A stretch of 64,000 nt of DNA from Thermoanaerobaculia bacterium (lineage in GTDB: Bacteria > Acidobacteriota > Thermoanaerobaculia > Multivoradales > JAHEKO01): positions 37,537 to 101,536 of the forward strand of contig CAWAET010000020.1 in assembly GCA_963781065.1 (NCBI GenBank). Reading direction: 5' to 3'. The notes beneath the pieces are model-generated. The model made no database searches. It was not told the DNA's origin and was given only the letters and a program-made list of their open reading frames with translations. Shown one piece after another: positions 61,006 through 64,000 of the stretch (its first letter is position 1; each line of letters opens with the position of its first letter). The position numbers were made by a program, and so were the translations under genes.

Positions 61006-63639
61006 ATGTCCAAGGCCGCCCAGCGCCTCTTCCTGATCGACGGCTACTCCAACATCTTCCGCGCCTTCTACGCCATCCGCGAGCTGTCGAACTCGAAGGG
61101 CGAGCCGACCAACGCGGTCTGGGGCTTCCTCAACATGCTGCGCAAGCTGCTGCGCGAGGAGGAGCCGGAGCTGGTCGGTATCGCCCTCGACGTCTCGGGC
61201 GACACCGTTCGCAAGGAGCAGTACGCCGACTACAAAGCCAACCGCAAGCCGATGCCCGAGGACCTCAAGCCGCAGATCGGCTGGATCCGCAAGCTGATCG
61301 AGGCCCACCGGATCCCCATCCTCGAGCTCGAGAGGTACGAGGCCGACGACGTCCTGGGCACGCTGTCGCGGGCCGCCGCGGCGGCCGGGCTGGAGGTGGT
61401 GATCGTCAGCGCCGACAAGGACCTGATGCAGCTGGTCGACGAGCGGGTGTCGCTGTTCCACACCGGCCGCGAGAAGCTCTACGGCCCCGCGGAGGTCGCG
61501 GAGGACTATGGCGTTGCGCCGGCGAAGATCGTCGACTACATGGCCCTGGTCGGCGACACCTCGGACAACGTGCCCGGCGTGCCGATGATCGGCGGCAAGA
61601 CCGCCGCCGGCCTGCTGGCCGAGTACGGCTCGCTCGACGAGCTGCTGGCGCGTGCCGAAGAGATCAAGGGCAAGCGCGGCGAGAGCCTGCGCGCCCATCG
61701 CGACGACGCGCTGCTGTCGCGCGATCTGGTGACCATCCACACCGACCTGCCGGTCGCTTTCGAGCCCGAGGCGCTGCGCCACGAGCCGCCGGATCCCGAC
61801 CGGCTGCGCGAGCTCTACCGCGAGCTCGAGTTCCACTCGCTGATCGACGAGCTCGAGGGCTCGTCCGGCGGCGGCGGCGAGCCGGTGGCGCCAGCGGTCG
61901 AGGCCGAGACGGCCCAGGAGTGGCGGCGGCGGCTGGCCGAGATGGGCGGGCGGCTCTTTCTGGCCGCGATCGGCGAGCCGGCCATCGGGCTGGCGGCCGG
62001 CGGCCCGGAAGGCGAAGTGGTCTTCGCCGACCTGCGGCGGGAGGGGCTGGCGGCCGCGGTGCGCGAGTCGCTGGCCGGGCTCGTCGCCGACGACGGCGAG
62101 CTGCTCGGGCACGATCTCAAGGAGGTCCTGCGCCTGTCGCCCGCCGGTCCCGAGGCCGTCGCGCCGCTGTTCGACACCATGCTGGTCTCCTATGTCCTGC
62201 GCCCCGCCCTGCGCGGCCACGGGCTGGCCGAGGTGGCGCTCGACCGGCTCGGTTTCACGGTGCTGGGCGCCAAGGAGGCCGGCTGGGAGAAGGGCGAGCC
62301 GCCGATGCCGGGAGCCGCGTCGCTGGCGGCCTACGCCGGCGAGCGGGTCGAGCTGGCCCGCCGCCTCGAGCCGCCGATGCGCGACGAGCTCGAGCGCGAC
62401 CCCGGCCTCGCCCGGGTCTACCGCGAGATCGAGGCGCCGCTGGTGCCGGTGCTGGTGGGCATGGAGGAGGCCGGGGTCCTGCTCGACGTCGGCTTCCTGG
62501 CCGAGATGTCCGAGCGGCTGGGCTCTGAGCTCGACGGGCTCGAGGGCTCGATCTACGAGATCGCCGGCCGCCCGTTCAACCTCAACTCGCCGCAGCAGCT
62601 CGGGGTGGTGCTGTTCGAAGAGCTGGGCTACCCGGTGATCAAGAAGACCCGCAAGACCAAGAGCTACTCGACCAGCGCCGAGATCCTGCAGGAGCTCGCC
62701 GTCCGCGGCTACCCGGTGGCCGAGCACCTGCTGCGCTACCGCGAGCTCTCCAAGCTCAAGTCGACCTATGTCGACGCCCTGCCCGAGCTGGTCGCCGCCG
62801 ACGGCCGGCTCCACACCCGGTTCCACCAGGCGGTGGCCGCCACCGGCCGGCTCTCCTCGGCCAGCCCCAACCTGCAGAACATCCCGATCCGCACCGAGGC
62901 CGGCCAGGAGGTGCGGCGGGCCTTCCGGGCGCCCGCGGGCAAGGTCCTGCTGGTCGCCGACTACAACCAGATCGAGCTGCGCATCCTGGCGCACATCGCC
63001 GGCGAGGCGCGGATGATCGAGGCCTTCGCCGCCGGCGAGGACATCCACCGCTCGACCGCCGCCGCCATGTTCGGCGCCGCGCCCGAGCTGGTCACCGCCG
63101 AGCAGCGCCGCGCCGCCAAGATGATCAACTTCGGCATCATCTACGGCATCAGCCCGTACGGGCTGGCCAACAACCTGGGCATCGGCCAGTCCGAGGCCAA
63201 GCAGTTCATCGAGGCCTACTTCGAGCGCTACCCCGGCGTCCAGCGCTACATGGACGACACCCTGGCCGCCGCCGCCGAGACCGGCAAGGTCGAGACCCTC
63301 TACGGCCGCGTCCGCTGGCTGCCCGAGCTCAAGGCGAAAAACTACGCGGTGCGCGAGAACGCCAAGCGAATGGCGATCAACGCCCGCATCCAGGGCACCG
63401 CGGCGGACCTGCTCAAGCTGGCGATGATCGCCGTCGACCGCCGGCTGCGCGCCGAGCACCCCGAGGCCGGCCTGCTGCTGACCGTGCACGACGAGCTGGT
63501 GCTCGAAGTGCCGGCGGCCGAGGCCGCGGCGGCAGGCGAGCTGGTGCGAGCCGAGATGACCGGCATCGCCGAGCTGGCCGTGCCGCTGGTCGCCGACGTC
63601 GGCAGCGGGCCCACCTGGTACGAGGCGAAGACCGGCTAG
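61006..63639 (+). CDS. polA: DNA polymerase I
   Basis: 877 aa. 5' nuclease N-terminus LFLIDGYSNIFRAFYA. Pol motifs: A = LLVADYNQIELRILAH, B = RRAAKMINFGIIYG, C = LTVHDELVLE. Confidence 0.95.
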   Translation: MSKAAQRLFLIDGYSNIFRAFYAIRELSNSKGEPTNAVWGFLNMLRKLLREEEPELVGIALDVSGDTVRKEQYADYKANRKPMPEDLKPQIGWIRKLIEAHRIPILELERYEADDVLGTLSRAAAAAGLEVVIVSADKDLMQLVDERVSLFHTGREKLYGPAEVAEDYGVAPAKIVDYMALVGDTSDNVPGVPMIGGKTAAGLLAEYGSLDELLARAEEIKGKRGESLRAHRDDALLSRDLVTIHTDLPVAFEPEALRHEPPDPDRLRELYRELEFHSLIDELEGSSGGGGEPVAPAVEAETAQEWRRRLAEMGGRLFLAAIGEPAIGLAAGGPEGEVVFADLRREGLAAAVRESLAGLVADDGELLGHDLKEVLRLSPAGPEAVAPLFDTMLVSYVLRPALRGHGLAEVALDRLGFTVLGAKEAGWEKGEPPMPGAASLAAYAGERVELARRLEPPMRDELERDPGLARVYREIEAPLVPVLVGMEEAGVLLDVGFLAEMSERLGSELDGLEGSIYEIAGRPFNLNSPQQLGVVLFEELGYPVIKKTRKTKSYSTSAEILQELAVRGYPVAEHLLRYRELSKLKSTYVDALPELVAADGRLHTRFHQAVAATGRLSSASPNLQNIPIRTEAGQEVRRAFRAPAGKVLLVADYNQIELRILAHIAGEARMIEAFAAGEDIHRSTAAAMFGAAPELVTAEQRRAAKMINFGIIYGISPYGLANNLGIGQSEAKQFIEAYFERYPGVQRYMDDTLAAAAETGKVETLYGRVRWLPELKAKNYAVRENAKRMAINARIQGTAADLLKLAMIAVDRRLRAEHPEAGLLLTVHDELVLEVPAAEAAAAGELVRAEMTGIAELAVPLVADVGSGPTWYEAKTG

Positions 63640-63881
63640 CCGTTCTCGTCGTAGCCGAGGATCTCGTCCTCGCTGCGGGAATCCAGCACCGGGAGCTTCG
63701 CGCAGTGGCGGGCGATCTCGTCGAGCTCGTCAACCAGCGGGCGCCGGGTGCGCTCGCGCCGCAAGCGCGCGAGCCGGTCCCGCAGCGCACGTTTCACGGC
63801 CGTGGTCTTGGTCTCGCCGGTGAGGTTGGCGACGGCTTCGGCAAGCCGTTCGGTCTCCGGGTTCCTGATGTTGAGGGCCAT
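63636..63881 (-). CDS. vapB: VapB-type (Rv0623/PSK-like) type II antitoxin, orphan
   Basis: 81 aa. Pattern MALNIRNPETERLAEAVANLTGETKTTAVKRAL..., C-terminal ILGYDENG. Its 3' end overlaps the polA stop by 4 nt, so no toxin gene follows. Confidence 0.7.
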   Translation of the reverse strand: MALNIRNPETERLAEAVANLTGETKTTAVKRALRDRLARLRRERTRRPLVDELDEIARHCAKLPVLDSRSEDEILGYDENG

Positions 63882-64000
63882 GGGTATGCTGCTGTGTAGA
63901 CTTTGATGCGCACCGTAGCATTCCCAGGAAGACGGAGATGCCTATCAGGGGTTGCCTCCACCCCGTGCGCCCGGCTCATGGGCAGCTGACATTCGCCAGC

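Overview
This is a very GC-rich bacterial chromosomal segment (roughly 70% GC by eye). It is densely coding, with about 50 genes. Most extra ORFs in the six-frame track are GC-driven shadow frames. I saw no rRNA, tRNA, CRISPR array, transposase or integrase.

Genes in order:
- A sulfatase fragment, family-B DNA polymerase (polB) and a Dnmt2-like C5 methyltransferase.
- A TetR-controlled tripartite RND efflux operon whose permease carries one frameshift.
- SRPBCC, MBL-fold hydrolase and GlpD genes, then an ArsR regulator.
- A signalling cluster on the minus strand: PilZ, three paralogous zinc-finger anti-sigma-like proteins, HD-GYP, TPR-CHAT, an ECF sigma factor and an orphan solute-binding protein.
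- Aminotransferase, SDR, 3-hydroxyacyl-CoA dehydrogenase and quinone oxidoreductase.
- A Cu/Ag-type heavy-metal efflux locus (outer-membrane factor, adaptor, HME-RND pump, P1B-ATPase). Its last three genes are riddled with single-base frameshifts.
- GT39 glycosyltransferase and AsnB, then a REC-PAS-GGDEF-EAL protein.
- A DtxR-family repressor divergent from a beta-barrel porin.
- A degenerate squalene/phytoene-synthase-like protein and an M24 peptidase.
- An amidase co-transcribed with a MamK-like actin.
- LigA, PolX, a class II aldolase, a large TPR/FG-GAP/ASPIC protein, MoaB, PolA and an orphan VapB.

The best candidate for an undescribed system is the ECF-sigma / TPR-CHAT / anti-sigma-like / HD-GYP / PilZ cluster at 14.1-23.5 kb. 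It resembles a Cas-less version of the Craspase-RpoE wiring.

Other oddities are two long centred palindromes whose tips contain the stop codons of convergent genes, a tandem 103-bp structured repeat, and a conserved AT-rich motif upstream of all three paralogues.

All calls come from reading motifs in the supplied translations and the DNA. No database search was possible. Start codons are often non-ATG (the first M in the track can be GTG or TTG), so starts are less certain than stops.
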